Part shown: piece after piece, positions 1 to 8,141 of the stretch | Numbering within the stretch: position 1 is the stretch's first letter | Layout: every line of letters begins with the position of its first letter | From: an uncultured Solirubrobacterales bacterium | Lineage (GTDB): Bacteria; Actinomycetota; Thermoleophilia; Solirubrobacterales; 70-9 | Assembly (NCBI GenBank): GCA_963816505.1 | Contig: CAWFKT010000002.1 | Location: forward strand, 448,895 to 512,894 | Direction of reading: 5' to 3' | DNA: 64,000 bases | Notes under the pieces: generated by a model | What the model was told of the DNA's origin: nothing | The model's input: only the letters and a program-made list of their open reading frames with translations | Databases searched by the model: none | Program-made: the position numbers and the translations under genes

Positions 1-71
1 CCTGGCCCGAGCTCGATCCGCAGCCGGCCCAGGCTCCGCAGCGGCCTCGCTTCGGCGGCGATGACCTGCAC
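1..71 (-). CDS. recF: Possible 5' end of recF (partial, runs off window)
   Basis: Open minus-strand frame from GTG (71..69), 12 nt after the dnaN stop. Translation VQVIAAEARPLRSLGRLRIELGP loosely resembles RecF N-termini, and the position after dnaA-dnaN is canonical. Only 23 codons are visible. Confidence 0.3.
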   Translation of the reverse strand, partial: MQVIAAEARPLRSLGRLRIELGP

Positions 72-83
72 CCCGGGCTCACC

Positions 84-1190
84 TCAGACGTTGAGGCGGA
101 TCGGCATCACGAGATAGCGGAAGTCTTCGTTGTCGACCGGCTGCAGCAGACCCGGGCGCAGCGGCGAGATCAGCCGCAGCACCACCTCGTCGCCCTCGAC
201 GCTTTCGATCCCCTCGCGCAGGAAGTCGGGGTTGAAGCCGATCTCCAGCGGCTCGCCCTCGAAGGCGGCCGGCATCGTCTCCTCGGCGTCGCCGACGTCG
301 GGGGTGGAGGCCGCCACCGTCAACTCCCCCGGCGCGAAGGAGAGGCGCAGCGGCGCGTTGCGCTGGGCGAGCTGGCTGACCCGCCTGACCACGTCGAGGA
401 ACTCGGGGCGCGGCAGGCGCACGTCGTGCTCGTAGGACTCCGGCAGGAGCTGTCGAAAGTTGGGGAACTGGCCGTCAATCAGCCTCGTGTTGAGGACGAT
501 CTCCCCTGCCTTGAAGATGGCCTGGTTGCGCAGCAGCACCACCGAGACGGACTCGACCCCGTCGGCCGAGACGATCCGGCCCAGCTCGCGCAGCGCCTTG
601 GCCGGGATGTTCGCCTCGAGCTCGCCCCCGATCGCGCTCTCCAAATCGGTTCGCTTGACCGCGAGGCGATAGGAATCGGTGGCGACCATCGTCATCTCCG
701 AACCGCTTGCACTGACCAGCACCCCGGTCAGGACGGGGCGCATGTCGTCGCGCGAGGCGGCGCCGGCGACGAGGTCCACGGTCGCGGCGAGCGCCGCCGC
801 CGGGATCGTCAGCGGCTCGCCCTCCTCCTCGGGGAAGGTCGGGAAGTCCTCGCTGGGCAGGACGCGAAGGTGAAAGCTCGAGCCGCCGCTGCGGATCTCG
901 ACGTCGCGCTCCGCTTCGCGCAGCTCGATCTCGACATCCGCGTCGCCCAGCGAGCGCGAGAGCTCGGCGAGAAGGCGACCCGGTAGAAGCACCGAACCGG
1001 GGCCGTCGCTCTCGGCCGCAAGCTTCGTCTTCAGGCCCAGCTCGAGATCGGTGGCGCAGAGGGTGACGCCGTTCTCGTCCGCCGTGAGGAGGATCCCCGA
1101 GAGGGATTGGGTCGCGGCGCGGGTGGATACCGCTCGGGAGACGACCGAGAGCTTGGTGACCAGCTCGTCGCGTTTGGTTGTCAGCTTCAA
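84..1190 (-). CDS. dnaN: DNA polymerase III beta subunit (sliding clamp)
   Basis: ORF 84..1394 trimmed to TTG 1190 (LKLTTKRDELVTKLSVVSRAVS..., a typical clamp N-terminus). 368 aa, ends ...FRYLVMPIRLNV. Directly downstream of dnaA. Confidence 0.92.
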   Translation of the reverse strand: MKLTTKRDELVTKLSVVSRAVSTRAATQSLSGILLTADENGVTLCATDLELGLKTKLAAESDGPGSVLLPGRLLAELSRSLGDADVEIELREAERDVEIRSGGSSFHLRVLPSEDFPTFPEEEGEPLTIPAAALAATVDLVAGAASRDDMRPVLTGVLVSASGSEMTMVATDSYRLAVKRTDLESAIGGELEANIPAKALRELGRIVSADGVESVSVVLLRNQAIFKAGEIVLNTRLIDGQFPNFRQLLPESYEHDVRLPRPEFLDVVRRVSQLAQRNAPLRLSFAPGELTVAASTPDVGDAEETMPAAFEGEPLEIGFNPDFLREGIESVEGDEVVLRLISPLRPGLLQPVDNEDFRYLVMPIRLNV

Positions 1191-1360
1191 GTGGTGATTG
1201 CCTTCTTGAGTTGGATTAGAGCTTGTGGAAAAGCATGGAATCGCCAGCCGCTTCGCTTTGGACGGCGCTTGTCGGGCTGTGGACCGGTCTGTGGGAAAGC
1301 ATGGATTCTTACAGTGCCGTCGGCCGTCAGGCCTGGCCTGTGGGAGCGGTGTGGATTGCG
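1191..1360. promoter_or_regulatory. Probable oriC: cluster of DnaA-box-like 9-mers in the dnaA-dnaN spacer
   Basis: Five same-orientation TGTGGR boxes: TGTGGAAAA 1224, TGTGGACCG 1279, TGTGGGAAA 1290, TGTGGGAGC 1339, TGTGGATTG 1350 (reverse complement of the TTNTCCACA type). Two sit in a 19-nt direct repeat (1224-1242 and 1290-1308, 17/19 identical). The region is locally AT-richer than its surroundings. Confidence 0.6.
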
Positions 1361-2655
1361 GCACGCAGCTCGTTGACCCGAGCGGCAAAGGCATCGTCCT
1401 CGGCGAGGCGGGCTTCGATGCGCCTGATCGAGTTGAGCACCGTGGAATGGTCGCGGCCGCCGAAGAGACGACCGATTTGGGGCAGTGAGAGGTCGGTCAG
1501 CTCGCGGGTGAGGTAGATCGCGACCTGACGAGCACGCAGCGGCGTAGCGGCACGGCTCGATCCGAGCAGCTCGGCGGGGGATACGTCGAAGCTGGCAGAG
1601 ACGCGCTGCTGGATCTGCTCAACCGGCGTTGTCCGTGAGGAGCGCGAAACCCTGGGAATGACCGCCTCGACCAGCTCGGGGCTGAGCGGTTTGGCGGTGA
1701 GCGAGGCGTGAGCGAGGACCCGGGTCAGCCCGCCGTGGAGCTGTCGCATGTTGACGTCGATGCGGCGGGCGAGGACGGCGAGCACGTCGCCTTCGGTGTC
1801 GACCCCGGCCTCGCGCACGAGTCGGCGCAGCACGGTGAGACGGGTCGCCATGTTCGGCGGCTCGACGGGAACGGTCAGTCCCCACTCGAAGCGGTCGCGC
1901 AGGCGCGACTCGAGCGTCGAGAGCTCGCTGGGGATCCGATCGGCGGAGAGGACCAGTTGACTCCCCCCTTCGTAGAGCGCGTTGAAGGTGTGGAAGAACT
2001 CGTCCTCGGTGTGGCGCTTGCCCTCGAGGAACTGCACGTCGTCGACGAGCAGGACGTCAAGATCGCGGTAGCGGCGCTTGAAGCCCTCGACGCCGGTCGT
2101 GCGCAGCGCGGCGACGAACTCGTTGGTGAAGCCCTCGGCGGTGGTGTAGCGGACGTTGAGGCCAGGGGCGTTGACGGCCAGGTAGTTGGCGATCGCGACG
2201 AGCAAGTGGGTCTTGCCCAGTCCCGGCGGGCCGTGCAGGAAGAGCGGGTTGTAGGCCTCCGAAGGCGCCTCGGCGACGGCCAGGGCTGCTGCGTGGGCGC
2301 CGCGGTTGCCCTCGCCGATGACGAAGCGGTCGAAGGTGTAGTTGACGTTGAGGCCTACCTCTGGATCGCAGTCGAGCTGCGGCTTCGAGGCATCACCGAC
2401 GGCGGCGATGCTGACATCGGTCAATCCCGACCCGGCCGCGAGAAGGGCCTCGCGGATCAGCCCGGCGTAGCGGCGCTCGGCCCAGGCGTGAATGCCGGCG
2501 GGCGCCGAGAGGTGGAGGGTGCCGGCCTGGGCGCCGACGACATTCAGCGGCTCGAGCCAGAGCTGGAACGTGGAGGCGGGCAGCGCCGCCCGCAGCCTGT
2601 CTTGGACATCCTGCCAGAGGGAGTCGAGATCGAGTTTCGCAGGGTCATCGGGCAC
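1327..2655 (-). CDS. dnaA: Chromosomal replication initiator DnaA
   Basis: ORF 1327..2922 trimmed to GTG 2655, because the upstream part overlaps divergent rpmH. Walker A GPPGLGKTHLL, Walker B LLVDDVQF, C-terminal DNA-binding region ...GGRDHSTVLNSIRRIE... 442 aa. Confidence 0.93.
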   Translation of the reverse strand: MPDDPAKLDLDSLWQDVQDRLRAALPASTFQLWLEPLNVVGAQAGTLHLSAPAGIHAWAERRYAGLIREALLAAGSGLTDVSIAAVGDASKPQLDCDPEVGLNVNYTFDRFVIGEGNRGAHAAALAVAEAPSEAYNPLFLHGPPGLGKTHLLVAIANYLAVNAPGLNVRYTTAEGFTNEFVAALRTTGVEGFKRRYRDLDVLLVDDVQFLEGKRHTEDEFFHTFNALYEGGSQLVLSADRIPSELSTLESRLRDRFEWGLTVPVEPPNMATRLTVLRRLVREAGVDTEGDVLAVLARRIDVNMRQLHGGLTRVLAHASLTAKPLSPELVEAVIPRVSRSSRTTPVEQIQQRVSASFDVSPAELLGSSRAATPLRARQVAIYLTRELTDLSLPQIGRLFGGRDHSTVLNSIRRIEARLAEDDAFAARVNELRAAIHTAPTGQA

Positions 2656-2759
2656 CGGCGAGCGACCATAGCGACGGTCGGGCGCGGCTGAACCAAGCCC
2701 ACCGCAAATGCCGCAAGAAAGATTCCGAGCGCCTCGGCGCCGAGTCGAGGGCGCGTCCG

Positions 2760-2765
2760 TATACT
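2760..2765 (+). promoter_or_regulatory. Candidate -10 element (TATACT) for rpmH; near-leaderless transcript
   Basis: TATACT lies 10 nt upstream of the rpmH ATG and there is no Shine-Dalgarno in between. Motif only, no -35 assigned. Confidence 0.25.
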
Positions 2766-2775
2766 GCGACGGCCG

Positions 2776-2910
2776 ATGAAGCGGACTTATCAGCCTAAGA
2801 AGCGCAAGCGGGCGAAGACGCACGGGTTTCGGGCGCGGATGAGCACGCGTGGAGGCCGGGCGATCCTCTCTCGCCGACGCCGTAAAGGCCGGAAGCGCCT
2901 CACTCCCTAG
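2776..2910 (+). CDS. rpmH: 50S ribosomal protein L34
   Basis: Hand translation [44 protein letters not shown]. Too short for the ORF track. Divergent from dnaA; its TAG stop abuts the rnpA ATG. Confidence 0.92.
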   Translation: MKRTYQPKKRKRAKTHGFRARMSTRGGRAILSRRRRKGRKRLTP

Positions 2911-3280
2911 ATGGCGGCGCAACGACGTCGCCGCCTTTCGCGCAGCGGCGAGTTCGACCGCGTCTACCGTGACGGATCCTCACATGCGACCCGCTACCTC
3001 GTCCTCTATAGCTTTCCCCGCAAGACCGAGGAGGCAGACGAGGTGAGGCTTGGTGTGTCGGTGAGTCGCAAGATCGGTGGGGCGGTCGATCGCAACCGCG
3101 TCAAGCGCTCGCTGCGCGAGGCGTTCTGGGCGCTCTCCGGACCGGCTTCCCGCCTCCCACGATTTCGTCCTGGTCGCCCGGACGGAGATCGGCGAGCTGA
3201 TCGAGCGCGAGGGGAGCGCGGGCGTTCGCGCCAGCCTCGAAGAGGCGCTGAGCGCCGCCGGCAAGGGGCGTTCCACGTGA
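2911..3280 (+). CDS. rnpA: RNase P protein component (one apparent frameshift near 3138)
   Basis: N-terminal part in the frame of 2911 (...RLSRSGEFDRVYRDG...VSVSRKIGGAVDRNRVKRSLREAF). The C-terminal part continues in the frame of ORF 3077..3280 (...LPASHDFVLVARTEIGELIE...). Confidence 0.8.
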
Positions 3281-3549
3281 AACGGAGCCTCCTCGCCCTG
3301 GTCGGCGCCTACCAGCGCTGGATCTCGCCCTTGATGCCGCGCCGCTGCCGCTACGAGCCGACCTGTTCCGCCTACGCCGCCGAGTCGGTCCGCCGGTTCG
3401 GCGCTGTGCGCGGAACCCTGCTCGCCACCTGGCGATTGCTTCGCTGCAACCCGTTCAGCCACGGCGGCTTCGACCCCGTTCCCGAGCGCTTCACGCTCAA
3501 GGTCGGCCCCGTCGACCCTGCCGTTCACCACCGCGAGGCCCACTCGTGA
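3277..3549 (+). CDS. yidD: Membrane protein insertion efficiency factor YidD
   Basis: GTG 3277 overlaps the rnpA stop (GTGA). ...YQRWISPLMPRRCRYEPTCSAYAAESVRRFGAVRGTLLATWRLLRCNPFSHGGFDPVP is the YidD signature with conserved Cys residues. Confidence 0.85.
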   Translation: MKRSLLALVGAYQRWISPLMPRRCRYEPTCSAYAAESVRRFGAVRGTLLATWRLLRCNPFSHGGFDPVPERFTLKVGPVDPAVHHREAHS

Positions 3550-4298
3550 TCGTCGACGCCAACATCCTGCAGCCGCTGATCGACATCGTCAACTCGGTCC
3601 TCAAGTTCTTCCACGACAGCGCCGGGCTGAGCTGGGGGATGTCGATCATCGCCCTGACGATTCTTACCCGCGCGATCCTGATCCCGCTCACCTATCGCCA
3701 GCTCAAGGGGATGCGCGCGATGCAGGCGCTGCAGCCGCAGATCAAGGAGATCCAGGCCAAGTTCAAAAACGACAAACAGCGCATGCAGCAGGAGATGATG
3801 CGCTTCTACCAGGAGAACAAAGTCAACCCCTTTGCCTCCTGCATCCCGCTGCTCGCGCAGCTGCCGGTCTTCTTCACGCTCTTCTCGGTTCTCCGCCACG
3901 ACCTGCCCGAAGACATCGGCTGCGAAGCCGGGCATTGCGGCTCCGAAGCTTCCTTCCTCTTCATCCACGACCTGACCGCGAAGGCCCATGGCGCCGAACT
4001 GATCGCCCTGCTGATCCTCTACATCGGCACGCAGCTCGTCTCCGGCCTGGTGATGTCGGTCACGGCCGATAAAAGCCAGCGCACGATGATGATGCTGCTG
4101 CCCTTCATCTTCGTCCCCTTCGTGATCAACTTCCCGGCCGGCCTGATCCTCTACTGGATCACGACAAACTTCTGGACGATCGGACAGCAGTACGCGATCC
4201 AGCGCATCATCCCGGCGCCGCAGGTGGCCACACCGGCCGAGGCAATGGCGCTGAAGGCGCCGCCTCCGCCTCCCAAAAAGAAGAAGAAGCGGCGCTAG
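3546..4298 (+). CDS. yidC: YidC/Oxa1-family membrane protein insertase (short Gram-positive type)
   Basis: GTG 3546 overlaps the yidD stop. ...LIPLTYRQLKGMRAMQALQPQIKEIQAKFKND...RFYQENKVNPFASCIPLLAQLPVFF...; basic C-tail PPPPPKKKKKRR. Confidence 0.92.
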   Translation: MIVDANILQPLIDIVNSVLKFFHDSAGLSWGMSIIALTILTRAILIPLTYRQLKGMRAMQALQPQIKEIQAKFKNDKQRMQQEMMRFYQENKVNPFASCIPLLAQLPVFFTLFSVLRHDLPEDIGCEAGHCGSEASFLFIHDLTAKAHGAELIALLILYIGTQLVSGLVMSVTADKSQRTMMMLLPFIFVPFVINFPAGLILYWITTNFWTIGQQYAIQRIIPAPQVATPAEAMALKAPPPPPKKKKKRR

Positions 4299-4300
4299 GT

Positions 4301-4415
4301 GGAAGGGCCGGGCACCCCTTCCGGCTCAACTTTTTGGATGTGGGGTGGAGTTGCTGGCGCCGCAAGGTTGGCGCCCAAAAAGTACAAGCCGCCGGAAGGG
4401 GTGCCCGGCCCTTCC
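4301..4415 (+). repeat. Palindromic element A (core-bearing family, forward orientation)
   Basis: Arms GGAAGGGCCGGGCACCCCTTCCGGC (4301-4325) and its exact reverse complement (4391-4415), 25/25 bp. Interior is TCAACTTTTTGGATG...GCCCAAAAAGTACAAGCC. Confidence 0.9.
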
Positions 4416-4446
4416 CCATGATCCGTAGCTGGAATAGGGTGCAGGT

Positions 4447-4930
4447 GTGAGCGGAGATACCGATTGGCCGGAGCAGCCTGCAGAGCGGGTTCGGGAGATC
4501 GTTGAGGGGGTCCTCGACGAGCTCGATCTGGAGGGCGAGGTCGAGATCGCCGAGGACGACGACCGGATCACCGCCTCGATCGACGGCGACGAGGACTACG
4601 GGCTGCTGATCGGCAAGCGGGGGCAGACGATCGACGCCCTGCAGCTGCTCGCCTACCAGGCCGCTTTCCGAGGGGTGCGCGAGCGCAAGCGGGTCGTGGT
4701 CGACGCCGCCGGCTATCGCGAGCGCCGTCGGGAGACGCTTGACGGCGCGGGCCGACCGGGCCGCGGAGCAGGCGCTGGACGACAGCGGCGCGGTCGAGAT
4801 GGACTCGATGAGCGCCCAGGAGCGGCGGGTCGTGCACGAGCACCTCAAGGAGCGGGCCGGGGTCGAGACTTACAGCGAAGGGGACGAGCCGCATCGGTGC
4901 GTGGTCGTTGCTCCTTTGGTTTCGGAGTGA
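4447..4930 (+). CDS. jag: Jag/KhpB-type RNA-binding protein (KH + R3H; one apparent frameshift near 4741)
   Basis: KH part in the frame of 4447 (...DYGLLIGKRGQTIDALQLLAYQ...). R3H part in the frame of ORF 4739..4930 (...MSAQERRVVHEHLKERAGVETYSEGDEPHRCVVVAP). Conserved position after yidC. Confidence 0.82.
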
Positions 4931-5044
4931 GGGAGCGCCCCGGTGGGGGTTCCGCTTAACTTTTTCGAGTCGCGCCCCGGCTGCTGACCATGGCCGGCGG
5001 CGAAAAAGTACAAGACGCTCCACCCCCACCGGGGCGCTCCCTCA
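4928..5044 (+). repeat. Palindromic element B (core-bearing family, forward orientation)
   Basis: Arms TGAGGGAGCGCCCCGGTGGGGGT (4928-4950) and the exact reverse complement (5022-5044), 23/23 bp. Interior is ...CTTAACTTTTTCGAG...CTGCTGAC...CGAAAAAGTACAAGACG... The left arm begins with the jag stop TGA. Confidence 0.9.
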
Positions 5045-5700
5045 GTGAGGCGCAGAGGGCGACGATCTCGGTGGTCTTGGAGCTTTTGGCGACCGAGCGG
5101 GCGTCGGTTAGCTCTGTTACCGATCCGGCGCGGGCTTGGCGGGTGCACGTTGCGGACAGTCTCACCGGGCTCGAGTTCGACAAGCTGCGCACCGCGCGCC
5201 GAATCGCGGATATTGGCTCTGGGGCTGGCTTTCCCGGACTTGTCCTCGCGGTTGCCCTGCCCGAGTCAAAGGTAGACTTGATCGAGTCGGTTGGCCGCAA
5301 GTGCGAGTTCATCGAGCGTGCGATCGAGGCGGCGGGCATCGCCAACGCGAACGTCATCAACGCTCGCTCCGAGGAGCTAGCCGAAGGAGACGGCCGCGAG
5401 GCCTACGCAGCCGTCACCGCCCGCGCGGTGGGCCGCCTCTCAACCCTCGCCGAGCTGGCCTCGCCCCTACTCGAAGAAAACGGCGTCCTCGTCGCCTGGA
5501 AGGGCAAGCGCGACCCCGACGAGGAGGCCCAGCTGGTCAACGCCGCGGAGAAGCTTGCGATGCGGCCGGAACAGCTCCTCCACGTCGGTCCTTACGCCGG
5601 CAGCGAGCACCGTCACCTTCACCTGCTCCGCAAGATAGGCCCCACCCCCACGAAGCTGCCGCGCCGTCCGGGCATGGCCAAGAAGCGCCCTTACGGGTGA
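4990..5700 (+). CDS. rsmG: 16S rRNA (guanine527-N7)-methyltransferase RsmG/GidB
   Basis: SAM-binding region ...RIADIGSGAGFPGLVLAVALPESKVDLIESVGRKCEFIERA... Conserved position between jag and parA. ATG 4990 lies inside repeat B; the alternative start is GTG 5071. Confidence 0.88.
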   Translation: MAGGEKVQDAPPPPGRSLSEAQRATISVVLELLATERASVSSVTDPARAWRVHVADSLTGLEFDKLRTARRIADIGSGAGFPGLVLAVALPESKVDLIESVGRKCEFIERAIEAAGIANANVINARSEELAEGDGREAYAAVTARAVGRLSTLAELASPLLEENGVLVAWKGKRDPDEEAQLVNAAEKLAMRPEQLLHVGPYAGSEHRHLHLLRKIGPTPTKLPRRPGMAKKRPYG

Positions 5701-5824
5701 GGTGCGGGGGCCGGTCCGGTGGAGCCTCGCGAAGCGGCCCCCGGCAAGGTGATCATGAGCCGCGAAGCGGCTCCAATTTGGTGAGCGAAGCGAACATAGG
5801 CTCCACCGGACCGGCCCCCGCACC
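5701..5824. repeat. Palindromic element C (different interior)
   Basis: Arms GGTGCGGGGGCCGGTCCGGTGGAGCC (5701-5726) and the exact reverse complement (5799-5824), 26/26 bp. The interior carries the direct repeat CGCGAAGCGGC at 5728 and 5761 and a central TGATCA. Confidence 0.9.
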
Positions 5825-5848
5825 CCCACAGAAATAGTCTGCCCAGCC

Positions 5849-6607
5849 ATGGGCGTCGTCTACGCGATCTCAAACCAGAAGGGCGGCGTCGGCAAGACGA
5901 CGACCGCGGTCAACGTTGCCGCCTGTCTGGCCGCCTCGGGCGCCCAGACCCTGCTCGTCGACCTCGACCCCCAGTGCAACGCCACCGTCGCCCTCGGCGG
6001 CGAGCGCGACATGCACCCCTCTTCCTACGACTGCCTGACCGGTGACGTCTCGGTCGCCGAGGCGGCCCGGCCGGCCGGGCCCGACAACCTCTGGCTGGTC
6101 CCGGCCAACCGCGATCTGGCCGGCGCCGCGGTCGAGCTGCCGCGGATCGAGGGCTCCGAGACCCGCTTGCGCGAGCGCCTCGGCCCGGTGCGCGAGCGCT
6201 TCGCCTACACCCTGCTCGACTGCCCGCCCTCGCTGGGCCCGGTCAGCGTTAACGCCCTGACCGCCGCCGACCGCGTGATCGTCCCGGTGCAGGCCGAGTA
6301 CCTGGCGCTGGAGGGCCTGGTCCAGTTCCTCGACACGCTGGCGACGATTCGCCGTGAGCTCAACCCGGCGCTGAAGGTGTCGGGCCTGCTGGTCACCATG
6401 CACGACGAGCGCACCCGCTTGGCGCAGGACGTCGAGCGGGAACTACGCCAGCATTTCCCCGAAATGGTCTTCGAGACGGTCATACCGCGCAGCGTCAGGG
6501 TCGCCGAGGCGCCGAGCTATGGCCTGCCCGTGACCGAGCACTCTCCTACCTCGCGCGGCTCGGTCGCCTACCGCAGCCTCGCCAAGGAGCTGGCGGAACG
6601 TGGCTAG
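5849..6607 (+). CDS. parA: Chromosome partitioning ATPase ParA/Soj
   Basis: Deviant Walker A in MGVVYAISNQKGGVGKTTTAVN... 252 aa. Overlaps the parB start by 8 nt. Confidence 0.92.
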   Translation: MGVVYAISNQKGGVGKTTTAVNVAACLAASGAQTLLVDLDPQCNATVALGGERDMHPSSYDCLTGDVSVAEAARPAGPDNLWLVPANRDLAGAAVELPRIEGSETRLRERLGPVRERFAYTLLDCPPSLGPVSVNALTAADRVIVPVQAEYLALEGLVQFLDTLATIRRELNPALKVSGLLVTMHDERTRLAQDVERELRQHFPEMVFETVIPRSVRVAEAPSYGLPVTEHSPTSRGSVAYRSLAKELAERG

Positions 6608-7468
6608 CGCGACCAAGCGTGGGCTCGGCAGCGGCCTGGCGGCGATCCTGCCGGAGGCCGTCGGCGAGGATGCGGGCGAGCTGCGCGAGTTGCCGATCGA
6701 GCTGATCAAGCCGAATCCGAACCAGCCGCGGACCAAGATCGACCCGGAGGCGCTGGCCGGGCTCGCCTCCTCGATCGAGACCAACGGCGTCGTCCAGCCG
6801 CTGCTCGTCCGCCCCCTGCCCGACGGCAGCTACGAGCTGATCGCCGGCGAACGTCGCTGGCGCGCCGCTCAGACGGCCGGACTGGAGAAGGTCCCGGCGG
6901 TCGTCCGCGATCAGGAGCTGGCCGAGCGCCTGCAGGTGGCGCTGATCGAGAACATGGTCCGCGAGGACCTCAACCCGTCGACGAGGCGCGCGCCTGCGCC
7001 GCCCTGGTCGACGAGCTCGGACTGTCCAAGGAGGAGCTGGCTCGCCGCGTCGGCCGCAGCCGTCCCGCCGTCTCCAACCTGATCCGCCTGCTCGACCTCC
7101 CCGACGAGACGCTCGAGCTGCTCGAGTCCGGCAAGCTCAGCGAGGGCCACGGCAAGGCCCTCCTCGGCGCCGAAGGAAACGACGTGCGCCGCCGCCTCGC
7201 CCGCGACGCTGCGCGGGCGGGCTGGTCGGTCCGCGAGACCGAGAACAGGGTTAAGCTGGCCGGCCAGCCAAAAAAGGGGGTGGCCCGGCGACAACCGGCG
7301 CCGGAGGAGGCCGCGGCAATGCGCGAGGTGGCCGACGAGCTCGAGGCCGCCCTCGGCCACGAGGTGACGGTGCGGCCGAGAGGAGGGGAGATCGCCGTCG
7401 AGATCCGCTTCGACGACCTCGACCAAGCGCTCGACCTCGCCCGCGCTGTCAAGCGCGCCGGCCGCTGA
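6600..7468 (+). CDS. parB: Chromosome partitioning protein ParB/Spo0J (one apparent frameshift near 6977)
   Basis: ParB N-terminal boxes ...IELIKPNPNQPRTKIDPEAL...VVQPLLVRP...YELIAGERRWRAA... The HTH and C-terminal half (...LSKEELARRVGRSRPAVSNLIRLLDLP...) continue in another frame to the stop at 7468. Confidence 0.85.
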
Positions 7469-7518
7469 GCGCCGCCGCCTTTCGGCCCGGATCGCCCCGC
7501 TATCCTTCGCCTGGCTGC

Positions 7519-7592
<74 letters not shown>

Positions 7593-7595
7593 CTC

Positions 7596-8090
7596 GTGCA
7601 ACAGATGCAGATCTACGGCGTCAGCTTCGACATGGTCGGCAAGCAGCCGATCGTCTTGCTGAAGACGGTCGACAGCAACAAGTTCCTGCCGATCTGGATC
7701 GGCCATCCCGAGGCGGCGGCGATCCTGATGAAGCTGCAGGGCGCTTCGACGCCGCGGCCGATGACCCACGACCTGCTCTCCGACCTGCTCGAGCAGCTCG
7801 ACGCCAAATGCGAGCGGGTCTCTGTCACCGAGCTGCGCGACAACACCTTCTACGCCTCGATCACGGTCTCGATCAACGGCACCGAGCTGGAGATCGACTC
7901 GCGCCCGTCCGACGCCCTCGCGCTTGCAGTTCGCGTCTCGGCGCCGATCTTCGCGGACGAGGAGGTGATCGAGGAGTCGGCGATCGAGTTCGAGCACGAT
8001 GTCGAGGACACCGAGGAGGTCGTCGACAAATTCAAAGAGTTCCTCGACGAGGTCACCCCCGACGACTTCGCCAAGGGCGAAGACTCCTAG
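7596..8090 (+). CDS. Bifunctional nuclease (BFN/DUF151) domain protein
   Basis: ...FLPIWIGHPEAAAILMKLQGASTPRPMTHDLLSDLL...VSVTELRDNTFYASI...IDSRPSDALALAVR... matches the BFN family as I recall it. Acidic C-tail. The ORF starts 4 nt after tRNA-Ile; ATG 7605 is an alternative start. Confidence 0.7.
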   Translation: MQQMQIYGVSFDMVGKQPIVLLKTVDSNKFLPIWIGHPEAAAILMKLQGASTPRPMTHDLLSDLLEQLDAKCERVSVTELRDNTFYASITVSINGTELEIDSRPSDALALAVRVSAPIFADEEVIEESAIEFEHDVEDTEEVVDKFKEFLDEVTPDDFAKGEDS

Positions 8091-8141
8091 TAGACGGCGC
8101 CCAGCCTGCGTATCTCGGGGTCTTCAGTCGGCTTCCTCGGG

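Noticed and set aside
2911-3549. 212-aa ORF that looks like an RnpA-YidD fusion protein.
   Set aside because: The middle is off-frame Arg-rich sequence. The real RnpA C-terminus is in the neighbouring frame (3077..3280) and YidD has its own GTG at 3277 overlapping that stop. The fusion is an artefact of one indel.
4391-4430. Palindromic elements A-H as canonical rho-independent terminators.
   Set aside because: None has a T-tract directly after the right arm, and several sit inside operons or upstream of genes. They may still affect RNA, but not as classic intrinsic terminators. The only convincing terminator is 48604..48634.
4301-5824. Palindromic elements as a CRISPR array.
   Set aside because: The repeats are 75-124 bp, differ in sequence, are separated by whole genes rather than uniform spacers, and no cas genes are present.
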